From positions 1 through 55,812 of the forward strand of contig JBHLMP010000024.1 of the NCBI GenBank assembly GCA_048938025.1: 55,812 bases of DNA, written 5' to 3'. Below, piece by piece: positions 10,087 to 18,475 of the stretch. The stretch is from Promethearchaeota archaeon. Its GTDB lineage: Archaea; Asgardarchaeota; Lokiarchaeia; Sigyniarchaeales; SOKP01. The translations under genes and the position numbers were made by a program. Below the pieces are notes generated by a model, which saw only the letters and a program-made list of their open reading frames with translations, did no database searches and was not told the DNA's origin. Within the stretch, counting starts at the first letter, position 1, and each line of letters begins with the position of its first letter.

Positions 10087-11154
10087 TTAACTTTTAGGTT
10101 TTTTTATTTTATCCTTAACTTCCGCTTCAGTTCCCTCAATTTTAAAAGGTTTTGAAGGTCTTGATTTGTCAATCGGTGCATTACACGCCCAACAAGCATT
10201 TTCTAAATTGGATAATGCACGTGCACAGTTTTCACAATATAATGCATCACAACCAGTGCAGATATACGTATTGAAACCCCCTACCTTACTTTTGCATACT
10301 AAACAGATTTTCTGTTCCCTATAATAAGTAACTTCTTCTTCAGTTATTTGACTAGGTCTTTTAGCAATCCTAAATAGTGAATCTTCAATTTTAACTTCTT
10401 TTTCGGTAGAAATTTTTTCAACTTTGATAGGTTCTTCTTTCAATCCCAAATAATACAGCCAAAATGTAAAGACCATGCCAATTCTTACTAAAAATAGTCC
10501 AACGCCAATAATTCCTGAACCCTCAATCAAACTAAATACAGAATTTAAAATAAAGCCAATTGATAAATAAAAATACTTTTTTCTTAGTACATCTGTTGAT
10601 TTAATACTTTTAATCAAATACCCAATTCCAAGAAAAATGAAGGAAGTAGCGACATATAATAAGCCAATTAGGTAAAAAAGGCTATTAGCGAGCATATCTT
10701 CATCAACAAGATCTTCACCTGGCTCATCGGGAACGTAAATTGATACAGATCCTAGTGGATCTAAGAAAAGAAGTAATTCCCATACAATTGATAAAAATAA
10801 AATAAATCCAACAATATACCATTTTCTTTTAGGAATTAGTAGTTCGCCACCAACATAAATGGTAAATATTATTGAAAAAGGTACCCAAATATAACTCATA
10901 ATAGCTTGTAATTCATATGGTATATCTATTCCATTTACAATATCAAAATTTTTACCTGTTATTAAAAGAGATAAAGATTCCCAGAAATTACCCCAATACC
11001 AAAGACCATTAAAAAAAATAGCCAAACCCATATAAAAGAGGAGTTTAACATTCGTCTTTCTACCTTGATACATAAAATATAAGCCAAAAGAACAGCCAAA
11101 TATAAGAATACCCATTATTGATATAACATTAAGCCAACCTACATCAGAAAGCAT
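10087..11154 (-). CDS. 7TM membrane protein with C-terminal C4C4 RING-like zinc finger, paralog 2
   Basis: Seven TM segments; CLVC-x11-CTGC-x4-CENC-x10-CWAC. C-terminal KIEGTEAEVK is shared with paralog 1. Confidence 0.75.
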   Translation of the reverse strand: MLSDVGWLNVISIMGILIFGCSFGLYFMYQGRKTNVKLLFYMGLAIFFNGLWYWGNFWESLSLLITGKNFDIVNGIDIPYELQAIMSYIWVPFSIIFTIYVGGELLIPKRKWYIVGFILFLSIVWELLLFLDPLGSVSIYVPDEPGEDLVDEDMLANSLFYLIGLLYVATSFIFLGIGYLIKSIKSTDVLRKKYFYLSIGFILNSVFSLIEGSGIIGVGLFLVRIGMVFTFWLYYLGLKEEPIKVEKISTEKEVKIEDSLFRIAKRPSQITEEEVTYYREQKICLVCKSKVGGFNTYICTGCDALYCENCARALSNLENACWACNAPIDKSRPSKPFKIEGTEAEVKDKIKKPKS

Positions 11155-11331
11155 TTTCAGAATCTCTCTTTTTAAATATATTTTTTTAAAATTTTAATGT
11201 AGATATTCTCGTTTTGATAATATAAAAAGATAATCACATTTATGTTCAATTTATTTAATCTTATTAATTAAATTATTAAAAATCCATAAAAATAGTTCAT
11301 TTTCATTTTGGGTTTACAACTAAGAATATTA

Positions 11332-11493
11332 TTAAGTAATATTATTCTCTTTTGTATTTGATTTATTTGTATCTTTTTTCTTAGTAAATTTGTAAAAAAT
11401 AATTTTGTCATTGGGAGGTTTTCGTTCAATTATTCCTTTCTTTTTTGTTTTTACTATTTTTGGATATAAATCTCTATTCTGTTTCTCATGCAT
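11332..11493 (-). CDS. Small basic 53-aa protein, absent from the ORF track
   Basis: MHEKQNRDLYPKIVKTKKKGIIERKPPNDKIIFYKFTKKKDTNKSNTKENNIT*. ATG start; homologous remnant at 9952-10014 differs by synonymous changes in the YKFTK core. Confidence 0.55.
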   Translation of the reverse strand: MHEKQNRDLYPKIVKTKKKGIIERKPPNDKIIFYKFTKKKDTNKSNTKENNIT

Positions 11494-11556
11494 GAGAGCT
11501 CTCTTGATATTTTTCTATAATTTTAAACTTGTCAATTATATTTATATATATTTTTC

Positions 11557-11584
11557 ATAATCATTTTAATTAATCTTATTATCT
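11557..11584 (+). promoter_or_regulatory. Conserved upstream element, copy 2 (shared with 6025-6052)
   Basis: 27/28 identity with 6025-6052; lies upstream of the gene run 11716-14780. Confidence 0.6.
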
Positions 11585-11715
11585 TAAATTAAATTAAAAA
11601 TTAAGTAGAAAAATAATTGAATAAAATAAGCATATATAATAAATTGAGATAAGTATATATCGCATCTATGAGATTAACCAAGATCTTAATATCTTATAGG
11701 ATATGAGCAGAAGAT

Positions 11716-12621
11716 ATGATATCAAGGATTTATGTTATAGCAAAAGGAGGGATACTGTGTTTCTCGAAAAACTTTATTTGTCCCAGTGAAGTAGAGGATG
11801 ATTTAATTAGTGGTTTTCTTACTGCAATTAGTGGTTTTGCCAAAGCAGTTAAAGTTGGTGAAATAAAATCACTTAACTTTAAAGATTTTAATTTTTTCTA
11901 TTCTTATTCATCTGAATACGATTGTATGTTTATTATTGTTACAGATATAGAAGATCTGGAAGATGAGGTAAGAGAAAAAGTAGAGTTGATGAAAGTTGAA
12001 TTTATTAATAGGTATCATGAATATTTAGAGGATTGGACAGGTAAAACTCAAATGTTTGAAAGTTTTGATGAGTTTATTGAAGAAAATATATATATTCCCC
12101 CAAAAGTCTTATTTGTTGGTGAAACTGGTGTAGGAAAAACAACTATCATCGATTTATTTCCTGGAGAAACTATTTTAGATATAGATGATGATATGAATGA
12201 AATCATTGAAAAATCAGTTGATATAACAAATTTAGGAAATATAAAGCAATTTATACTAAGAGAAATTGATTTAGAAAATTTAATTACTCATTCAAAGCAA
12301 TATGAAACTTTATTAAACATTTGCGATATTATTTGTATTATAACTAATTCAGCAGCCAGTAATTTAAGAAGAACAAAAAAATTATTTTTAAAACTTAAGA
12401 AAAAAGTCAGGAAAGCAGATTTCTATATAATTGCCAATTTTCAGGATTTAAAAGAAACTTCCTTTGAACCTAAAGAGATTGAAGATACTTTTGGTGTACA
12501 AACATTTGGATTTTCTGCAATCCAAGAAGATTCGGCTAAAAATATTTTTATCATAATGAATGAAATTCTAAAAAATTCCATTTATAATAAAATTCAAATG
12601 AAGCAAAAGCAAGTTTCTTAA
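11716..12621 (+). CDS. Longin-like domain + atypical small GTPase (paralog of the N-terminal third of 6103..8718)
   Basis: IYVIAKGGILCFS...ISGFLTAI; P-loop GETGVGKTT; TNSAASNL and ANFQD shared with 6103; no DxxG. Confidence 0.8.
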   Translation: MISRIYVIAKGGILCFSKNFICPSEVEDDLISGFLTAISGFAKAVKVGEIKSLNFKDFNFFYSYSSEYDCMFIIVTDIEDLEDEVREKVELMKVEFINRYHEYLEDWTGKTQMFESFDEFIEENIYIPPKVLFVGETGVGKTTIIDLFPGETILDIDDDMNEIIEKSVDITNLGNIKQFILREIDLENLITHSKQYETLLNICDIICIITNSAASNLRRTKKLFLKLKKKVRKADFYIIANFQDLKETSFEPKEIEDTFGVQTFGFSAIQEDSAKNIFIIMNEILKNSIYNKIQMKQKQVS

Positions 12622-12664
12622 ATAGAAAAATTAAACTAATTACAATAAAATAAATTCCTTAATT

Positions 12665-13177
12665 ATGGTAATTGACGAGAATTACGTATTTCCATTATAT
12701 ATTACTAAAGAAGTAATAGAAGGGATTAAAAAGATATGTAAAGAAAACGTTAAAGAAGTTTTTGGTTATTTAGTTGGAGAACGCTACATTTGGAATAAAC
12801 AGAAATATATTTTATTAAATCATTATCTTTACATAAAGGAGGCTTTCATAGCAAATGAATTTTATTTTCAAGAATCAGGAGAAAAAGGGATAGTCAATAA
12901 TATTCAATTTGAATTTTTTAAATATTCAGAGAAATTTGATAAATTAAAATTAGATCAAAATAATGAAAACTTACTAAGGTTAGGGTGGTGGCATTCCCAT
13001 CCAAATTTTGGATGCTTTTTAAGTAATGTTGATTTAGCTACGCAACGTTCAATTTTTAATAAATCATATCACGTAGCTTTAGTTGTTGATCCAATTAGAG
13101 ATGAATATAAATTTTTCACTTTAAATGATCAATTCGAAGATGGGTATAAAGAAATTAGTTATGCCATTATCAAGTAG
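12665..13177 (+). CDS. JAMM/MPN+ (JAB) metallopeptidase, Rpn11/CSN5-like deubiquitylase or Ubl-maturing enzyme
   Basis: EVFGYL...GWWHSHPNFGCFLSNVD.ATQ...ALVVDP is a complete JAMM motif. Confidence 0.93.
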   Translation: MVIDENYVFPLYITKEVIEGIKKICKENVKEVFGYLVGERYIWNKQKYILLNHYLYIKEAFIANEFYFQESGEKGIVNNIQFEFFKYSEKFDKLKLDQNNENLLRLGWWHSHPNFGCFLSNVDLATQRSIFNKSYHVALVVDPIRDEYKFFTLNDQFEDGYKEISYAIIK

Positions 13178-13230
13178 ATATTTGACAATTTTTAATTTCG
13201 ATTCAATCATTAAAATAATCTTGTAAAAAT

Positions 13231-14109
13231 ATGACAGATAACAGTGATAATGAATATAAAGTTTTAGGAGAGGAGGATTTAAATGAGGATAAGTATGATC
13301 GGCAGAAAAGAATTGCTGGTTGGGATCAAAATAAGATTTCAAATGCTACAGTGATGATAATAGGTGTTGGAGCAACTGGTAACGAAGTTGCAAAAAATCT
13401 AAGCCTAACTGGAATTGGAAAGTTGATTATTATTGATTATGATATTATTGAAAAATCCAATCTTAATCGATGCATTTTGTTTAATATGGAAAATAAAGTA
13501 GAAAGTAAATATAAAGTAGATATCATTAAAGCAGCGTGTGAAAAACTCAACCCTGAAGTTAAAATCTTAACAATAAAGAAAGCTCTAAATGAGATAGATA
13601 AAGATTTGTATAAACAAGTGGATGTGGTTTGCTCTTGTCTTGATAATATTGAAGCTAGACTTGAAGCAAATAATTATGCTTATTATTTCCAGGTACCTTT
13701 TATTGATTCTGGAATTGATGAATTCTTTGGAACAGTTCAAGCTGTATATTCTGGAGTTGTTGATGCCGCTTGTCTACAATGCGGAATTTCTGGCTCCGAT
13801 TTAGATTTAATGTGGTTAAAGTTTTCCTGTACAGGAGAAGAAATCGAATCTTCTAATGGAACTACTATTGGTAAGATTGCTACTATAATTACTACAACTT
13901 CGATTATAGGAGGAATTCAAACTCAACAAGTAATAAAATTTTTATTAGGAATTGATCAATTTAAAGAGCAAGGAAAATGGAATCCTCATATTGGAGAACC
14001 CTTGATAGGTAAACAATTAAATTATAATGGATTAATAAATAAATTTGAAGTTATTGAAAAGTTAAAGAATCCAGATTGTTGGACATGTTCTTATAAGCAT
14101 AATAAATAA
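13231..14109 (+). CDS. Ubiquitin-activating enzyme E1 (ThiF/UBA family)
   Basis: YDRQ, GVGATG, DYDIIEKSNLNR, CLDNIEAR; Zn pairs CLQC and CWTC; candidate catalytic Cys in FSCT. Confidence 0.93.
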   Translation: MTDNSDNEYKVLGEEDLNEDKYDRQKRIAGWDQNKISNATVMIIGVGATGNEVAKNLSLTGIGKLIIIDYDIIEKSNLNRCILFNMENKVESKYKVDIIKAACEKLNPEVKILTIKKALNEIDKDLYKQVDVVCSCLDNIEARLEANNYAYYFQVPFIDSGIDEFFGTVQAVYSGVVDAACLQCGISGSDLDLMWLKFSCTGEEIESSNGTTIGKIATIITTTSIIGGIQTQQVIKFLLGIDQFKEQGKWNPHIGEPLIGKQLNYNGLINKFEVIEKLKNPDCWTCSYKHNK

Positions 14110-14216
14110 AGATTAAATCTATTTCAAAATAAAAAATGATTATTATAAACGATATAATATAAATATAAAGAAAGGAAATATCAATATAACTCAATTAGAT
14201 TTTTAATTTTTAAAAA

Positions 14217-14780
14217 ATGCCAGAACTTCCTTTAGAAATTTGGAAAAATAGGATTGAAAATGAAATTAAAAGTTTAAAAAGTTTAAATGTTATCGATACC
14301 AATTCAATAATTCAAAGTGATGATCGAGTTAAATTTTTAATCAATTTAAAAGCCTTAGGATTTATTATGGGGACTTTCAAGGAAGGAATTGATATTGTTC
14401 CTCAAAAAGATCATCAAATTCATTTGGAACTAAATAGAGCTTTTCCATATCCTGGAGGTATTAGTTTTTCTTGGCAATCAAATATATTTCATCCTAATAT
14501 TCATCCTACCAAAACACCTTCACGTTACGAATCTGGAACGGGCTATATTTGTTTAAACATTCTAAAAAAATGGTCAAGACTTACAGATTTAGAGACTACA
14601 GTTAAAGCCTTGCAAAAATTAGTGGAGAACCCTAATCCCGATGATCCATTAAAATATGATATTTGTTTAGAAGCAGCAAATTTTTTTAAGCAAAATACCA
14701 TGGAAGACCTCAAGAGAGAGTTCAAAATCGAAGAAAAAGAAGAAGAGGAAGAAAAGGATGACATAGTTATTATAGATTAG
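14217..14780 (+). CDS. Ubiquitin-conjugating enzyme E2 (UBC fold)
   Basis: FPY, IFHPNI, GYICLNIL..W, PNPDDPL; acidic C-terminal tail. Confidence 0.93.
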   Translation: MPELPLEIWKNRIENEIKSLKSLNVIDTNSIIQSDDRVKFLINLKALGFIMGTFKEGIDIVPQKDHQIHLELNRAFPYPGGISFSWQSNIFHPNIHPTKTPSRYESGTGYICLNILKKWSRLTDLETTVKALQKLVENPNPDDPLKYDICLEAANFFKQNTMEDLKREFKIEEKEEEEEKDDIVIID

Positions 14781-14859
14781 GAATGTTAAATATTAATCTT
14801 AATTCTTCTTTATTAACTTATTCTTAATAAGTCTGTATTAAATCCAATTAAAAAACACT

Positions 14860-15126
14860 TCAACGTTTATAATTTCCTCCAATGACTCTTGCCCATAAAG
14901 CTAATTTGTCATTTTCTTTTAAACCAAATTTATGGACAGAATCCTCAATTGTTATTGTTGAAGGTAACTCCTTTCCATTTAATACTAAAGTATATGCACG
15001 TTCCTCAGCACTAATAATGCCCATATGCTTTATAATTATGTCTATAATCCTTTCAATTGTATGATGCTCCTTAACATCAAGTTTAATAACCTTACCTGTT
15101 CGTGAATCCTCAACAGTTATTCGCAT
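14860..15126 (-). CDS. Ubiquitin-like protein precursor (GG followed by NYKR)
   Basis: TGKVIKLDV, TIERI, LVLNGKEL and ARVIGG align to ubiquitin TGKTITLEV, TIENV, LIFAGKQL and LRLRGG. Confidence 0.9.
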   Translation of the reverse strand: MRITVEDSRTGKVIKLDVKEHHTIERIIDIIIKHMGIISAEERAYTLVLNGKELPSTITIEDSVHKFGLKENDKLALWARVIGGNYKR

Positions 15127-15268
15127 ATAAATCTCTCTCTTTTTTTAAATTATTGAATTTTTTTAATAATTAATTTAATTTATTTTAAAATTTATCTTAT
15201 ATATTTAAATATTTTATTTCTTTTCATGTAATCTTAATTTCATTTATTTATAATAACTTTTTGAAACT

Positions 15269-16372
15269 CTATTCTTCTCTTAGTGTTTTCCTTGATCCTT
15301 CAGATATTGTGATATCAATATCTTCTTCTTCAATTTTAAAAGGTTTAATAGGTTTTGAATCGTCAATTGGATTATTACAAGACCAACACATGTTTTCTAA
15401 CTGAGTTAATATTTGAGCGCAATTATCGCAATAAAATGATTTACACTTAGGGCAAATAAAAACATCAATGAATCCCTTTAATTTTTTTTTACAAACTAAA
15501 CAGATTGTTTGTTTTCGATATAACTCAATATCTTTTATGGATATATCAGAAGGTCTAGAATATGATAAAACCTCGGATAATGAAGTCGTCAGGACCTCAC
15601 CCTCAACTTCATCAGTATGAATACTTTCTTTTGGTAGAATTGGTTCTTCTTCTTTTTTTACTCCCAAAACAAAAAAAAGACCACTAATAACCATTCCATA
15701 TCTAATAATAATTAAAATGACTGTTGGTAGGAAAAATAAAATATCCACTGATCCAAACCCTATTAAGAGAATGAAACATATAGCTAACCTCGTGAATTTT
15801 TCTCTTAAGAGGCCTGTTGATTTAACAGATCCATATAAAAATCTAACAACATAGAATAGTATTGCTGTAATAAAAAAGATCAAAACTAAAATAGAAGCAG
15901 GAGAACCTACAATTAAAACATTATCAATTAAGTTTTCTCCCGATTTTGTAGGCATCTTATAATCCACAGTACCAAAGGGGTCTAAAAAAAGAAATAAATC
16001 AAAAATTATTGCCAAAATAATATAAATAAATAATATTGAATTTTTTAATTCTTTCTTAACACCTGGTATCACGAATTCAAGGCCAATATATATCCCAAAT
16101 GAGAGAGTAGGAGCTAACCATATAAATGTTAAAATACCATGAATTCCAGAAGTATTATTCAAATTCTTACCAGTAAAGAGGATTGTAAAAAAATCTAAAA
16201 CAATACCTGTGAAAAACATACTTATGAATATAATTGTTAAGCCAAAATACAGTAAAATATCTGCTTTTGATTTTTTATATCTATAAAGACTAAAACTACC
16301 CCAAATAAAGCCAGTGATATACCAAATAATTGCTGTTATTCCGTTAAATAGTCCAATAGGAGTTAAAGTAAT
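15269..16372 (-). CDS. 7TM membrane protein with C-terminal C4C4 RING-like zinc finger, paralog 3; probable ATT start
   Basis: The ORF track starts in mid-TM2 at 16219. The frame is open for 51 more codons (ITLTPIGLFNGITAIIWYITGFIWGSFSLYRYKKSKADILLYFGLTIIFIS), homologous to the N-terminus of paralog 4. AAGGTG precedes ATT 16372. Finger: CLVC-x12-CPKC-x4-CDNC-x10-CWSC. Confidence 0.75.
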   Translation of the reverse strand: MTLTPIGLFNGITAIIWYITGFIWGSFSLYRYKKSKADILLYFGLTIIFISMFFTGIVLDFFTILFTGKNLNNTSGIHGILTFIWLAPTLSFGIYIGLEFVIPGVKKELKNSILFIYIILAIIFDLFLFLDPFGTVDYKMPTKSGENLIDNVLIVGSPASILVLIFFITAILFYVVRFLYGSVKSTGLLREKFTRLAICFILLIGFGSVDILFFLPTVILIIIRYGMVISGLFFVLGVKKEEEPILPKESIHTDEVEGEVLTTSLSEVLSYSRPSDISIKDIELYRKQTICLVCKKKLKGFIDVFICPKCKSFYCDNCAQILTQLENMCWSCNNPIDDSKPIKPFKIEEEDIDITISEGSRKTLREE

Positions 16373-16600
16373 AGATTACACCTTTTTTAATTTTAGAGTA
16401 GTAGATTTAGTATTATATATGAGCTTGATATTGTTTAATGTTTTTCTTTTTAATAATAGCAAAATCAAAATTTATAGAAGATTACATAATTAATTTTACT
16501 CAGTTTCCTTAAAAATTTTTACACTTTACTGGAAAGCTAAATGTCATAACATTTTATTTTAATATTTTTAAAAAAGCTTTCTATTACCCTAAATTATATT

Positions 16601-17656
16601 TCAAGGTAATTCATTATCTTGCTTAATTGGTTTTGATTCATCGATTTGCTTATCACATATCCAACACATATTACTCATTTCTATCATCTTTTGCGTGCAT
16701 TTTTCACAATATAACGCTTCACATTGAGGACAAATAAAAACCTTAATAAAACCTTGTATTTCTTTCTCACAGATTAGACATATTGTTTGCTCTCGAAATG
16801 CTAAGATCTCTTCGGGTGATAGCTCTTTAGATTTAGTCTCAGATAATATATCTATAAGAGATGGTTTAGATTCTCCAGATTTAAATATTTTAATAGAAGG
16901 TTTTTCCATGCTTTTTACAGATTCTTCTTTTAAGCTAAAAAAAAAGAGAAATCCAGCAATAATCATGAACACTCTTATTATAATTATTGATGTACCTATC
17001 GGTAAATTAAAGAAATCTAAAGGGAAAATAGCTATATCTAAAGAACCAAAACCAAAAAATACTAAGAAAGTAATTAATAATAATATGAGTTTCTTTCTTA
17101 ATATTCCTGAGGATTTAATGCCCCCATACAAAAATGAAAGACTAAATACTATAATCCCCGGAAATAAAGAAATTGCAAGCATATAAAATGGAGGTGTCCA
17201 AAAAACTAAGATATTATCAATTAAATCTTGACCGGGTTCTGAGGGATTTTTATAAATGATCGAACTTGAATGAGTTAAAAATAATAGAATTTCGTAGATT
17301 ATACTTATTATTGAAAAATAAATTAGAATTAAATATTTCAACCATTTTTTAAAGTTCATAGCAATAAGTTCATTAAATATATAGGTACCAATAATTATTA
17401 AAGGGCCAAACCAGAAAAATGTAAGAATGCCATGTATATTTGTATCTAAGTTGCTCTCTGTAATGAGGACTAATAAAGAGTCTAAGAGCAAGCCTGAATA
17501 TAAAAAACTTATAAATAACACAGCCAGCCCCATAGAAAATAAAACATATGATTTTGTTTTCCTTGCCTTAACTAGACTATATGTCCCCCATATTAAACCG
17601 AGGGTAAACCATATAATAACGGTTAAAGCACTTATTACTCCAATAAGAGAAGGCAT
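16601..17656 (-). CDS. 7TM membrane protein with C-terminal C4C4 RING-like zinc finger, paralog 4
   Basis: Seven TM segments; CLIC-x12-CPQC-x4-CEKC-x10-CWIC. Confidence 0.75.
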   Translation of the reverse strand: MPSLIGVISALTVIIWFTLGLIWGTYSLVKARKTKSYVLFSMGLAVLFISFLYSGLLLDSLLVLITESNLDTNIHGILTFFWFGPLIIIGTYIFNELIAMNFKKWLKYLILIYFSIISIIYEILLFLTHSSSIIYKNPSEPGQDLIDNILVFWTPPFYMLAISLFPGIIVFSLSFLYGGIKSSGILRKKLILLLITFLVFFGFGSLDIAIFPLDFFNLPIGTSIIIIRVFMIIAGFLFFFSLKEESVKSMEKPSIKIFKSGESKPSLIDILSETKSKELSPEEILAFREQTICLICEKEIQGFIKVFICPQCEALYCEKCTQKMIEMSNMCWICDKQIDESKPIKQDNELP

Positions 17657-17699
17657 TTGTAATAAAACTGATTTAATTCTAACTTATTTGAATACAAAA

Positions 17700-18275
17700 T
17701 TAATATATTTTGAAAATTATATCATTTAAATCTCTTTTGGGTACATGTATGGTACCTTCTTCATCCTTCCAATAGTTAAAGGAATCTTTATAAGGTTCAA
17801 TGATAGCTAATTCATCTGGATATCCTAAACTTATAACATGCTTTATATCATAATAGTCAGGAATCTCAAATAATTCTCGAATCTTTTTTGCATTAATATT
17901 TCCCATCCAACAACAACCTATACCAAATTGTACTGCTCCAAGTAAAATATTTTCAACTGCTGCTCCAACATCAAAATCAACATAAGTTCTTTTTATTTCA
18001 GTATTTACGAGAACAATTATATAAGCTGTAGGTTCTCTTCCCTTTTCCGGAGTTCTTTCATTTTTGGGAAGAAGTGCTGCCCAATTCACTAATGGAAATA
18101 GTTTTTGACGATTTTCATCACTTTTAACTATAATAAATTCAAGAGCTTGCCGATTAGTTGCCATTGGAGCAACACGAGCGAAATCTATCAATTTCCTTAA
18201 TATCTCTAAAGGAATCGGATCTTGCTTAAATCTTCTTATCGTTCTTCTCTTAAATATAATTTCTTCTAATTTCAT
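17700..18275 (-). CDS. Nitroreductase family protein
   Basis: RRTIRRF, APMATNRQ, DVGAAVENILLGA...GIGCCW, ISLGYP. Confidence 0.92.
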   Translation of the reverse strand: MKLEEIIFKRRTIRRFKQDPIPLEILRKLIDFARVAPMATNRQALEFIIVKSDENRQKLFPLVNWAALLPKNERTPEKGREPTAYIIVLVNTEIKRTYVDFDVGAAVENILLGAVQFGIGCCWMGNINAKKIRELFEIPDYYDIKHVISLGYPDELAIIEPYKDSFNYWKDEEGTIHVPKRDLNDIIFKIY

Positions 18276-18475
18276 TATTTTACTTAAATTTTAATTATTT
18301 TTTAGAATTAATTAATGCTTCTGCGAATTAATAATTTGGCACTTCTTGGAAGTTTAAATAGTCTATACTTTGTTTACTTGTAAAAAGATTAAAAGTAAAT
18401 AAAATAGGAAAGTAGTTATATTTTTTAAGAATAGTTGATTATTCATTATTTAAAGTTTAAAGAGGAAGAAATCTT

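Noticed and set aside
12665-14780. CBASS/Bil-type anti-phage E1-E2-JAB system, or sulfur-carrier (ThiF/MoeB) pathway
   Set aside because: No CD-NTase, effector, rhodanese or ThiS/MoaD genes are present, and the Ubl, E2 and JAMM look eukaryote-like. A defence role is not excluded, only unsupported.
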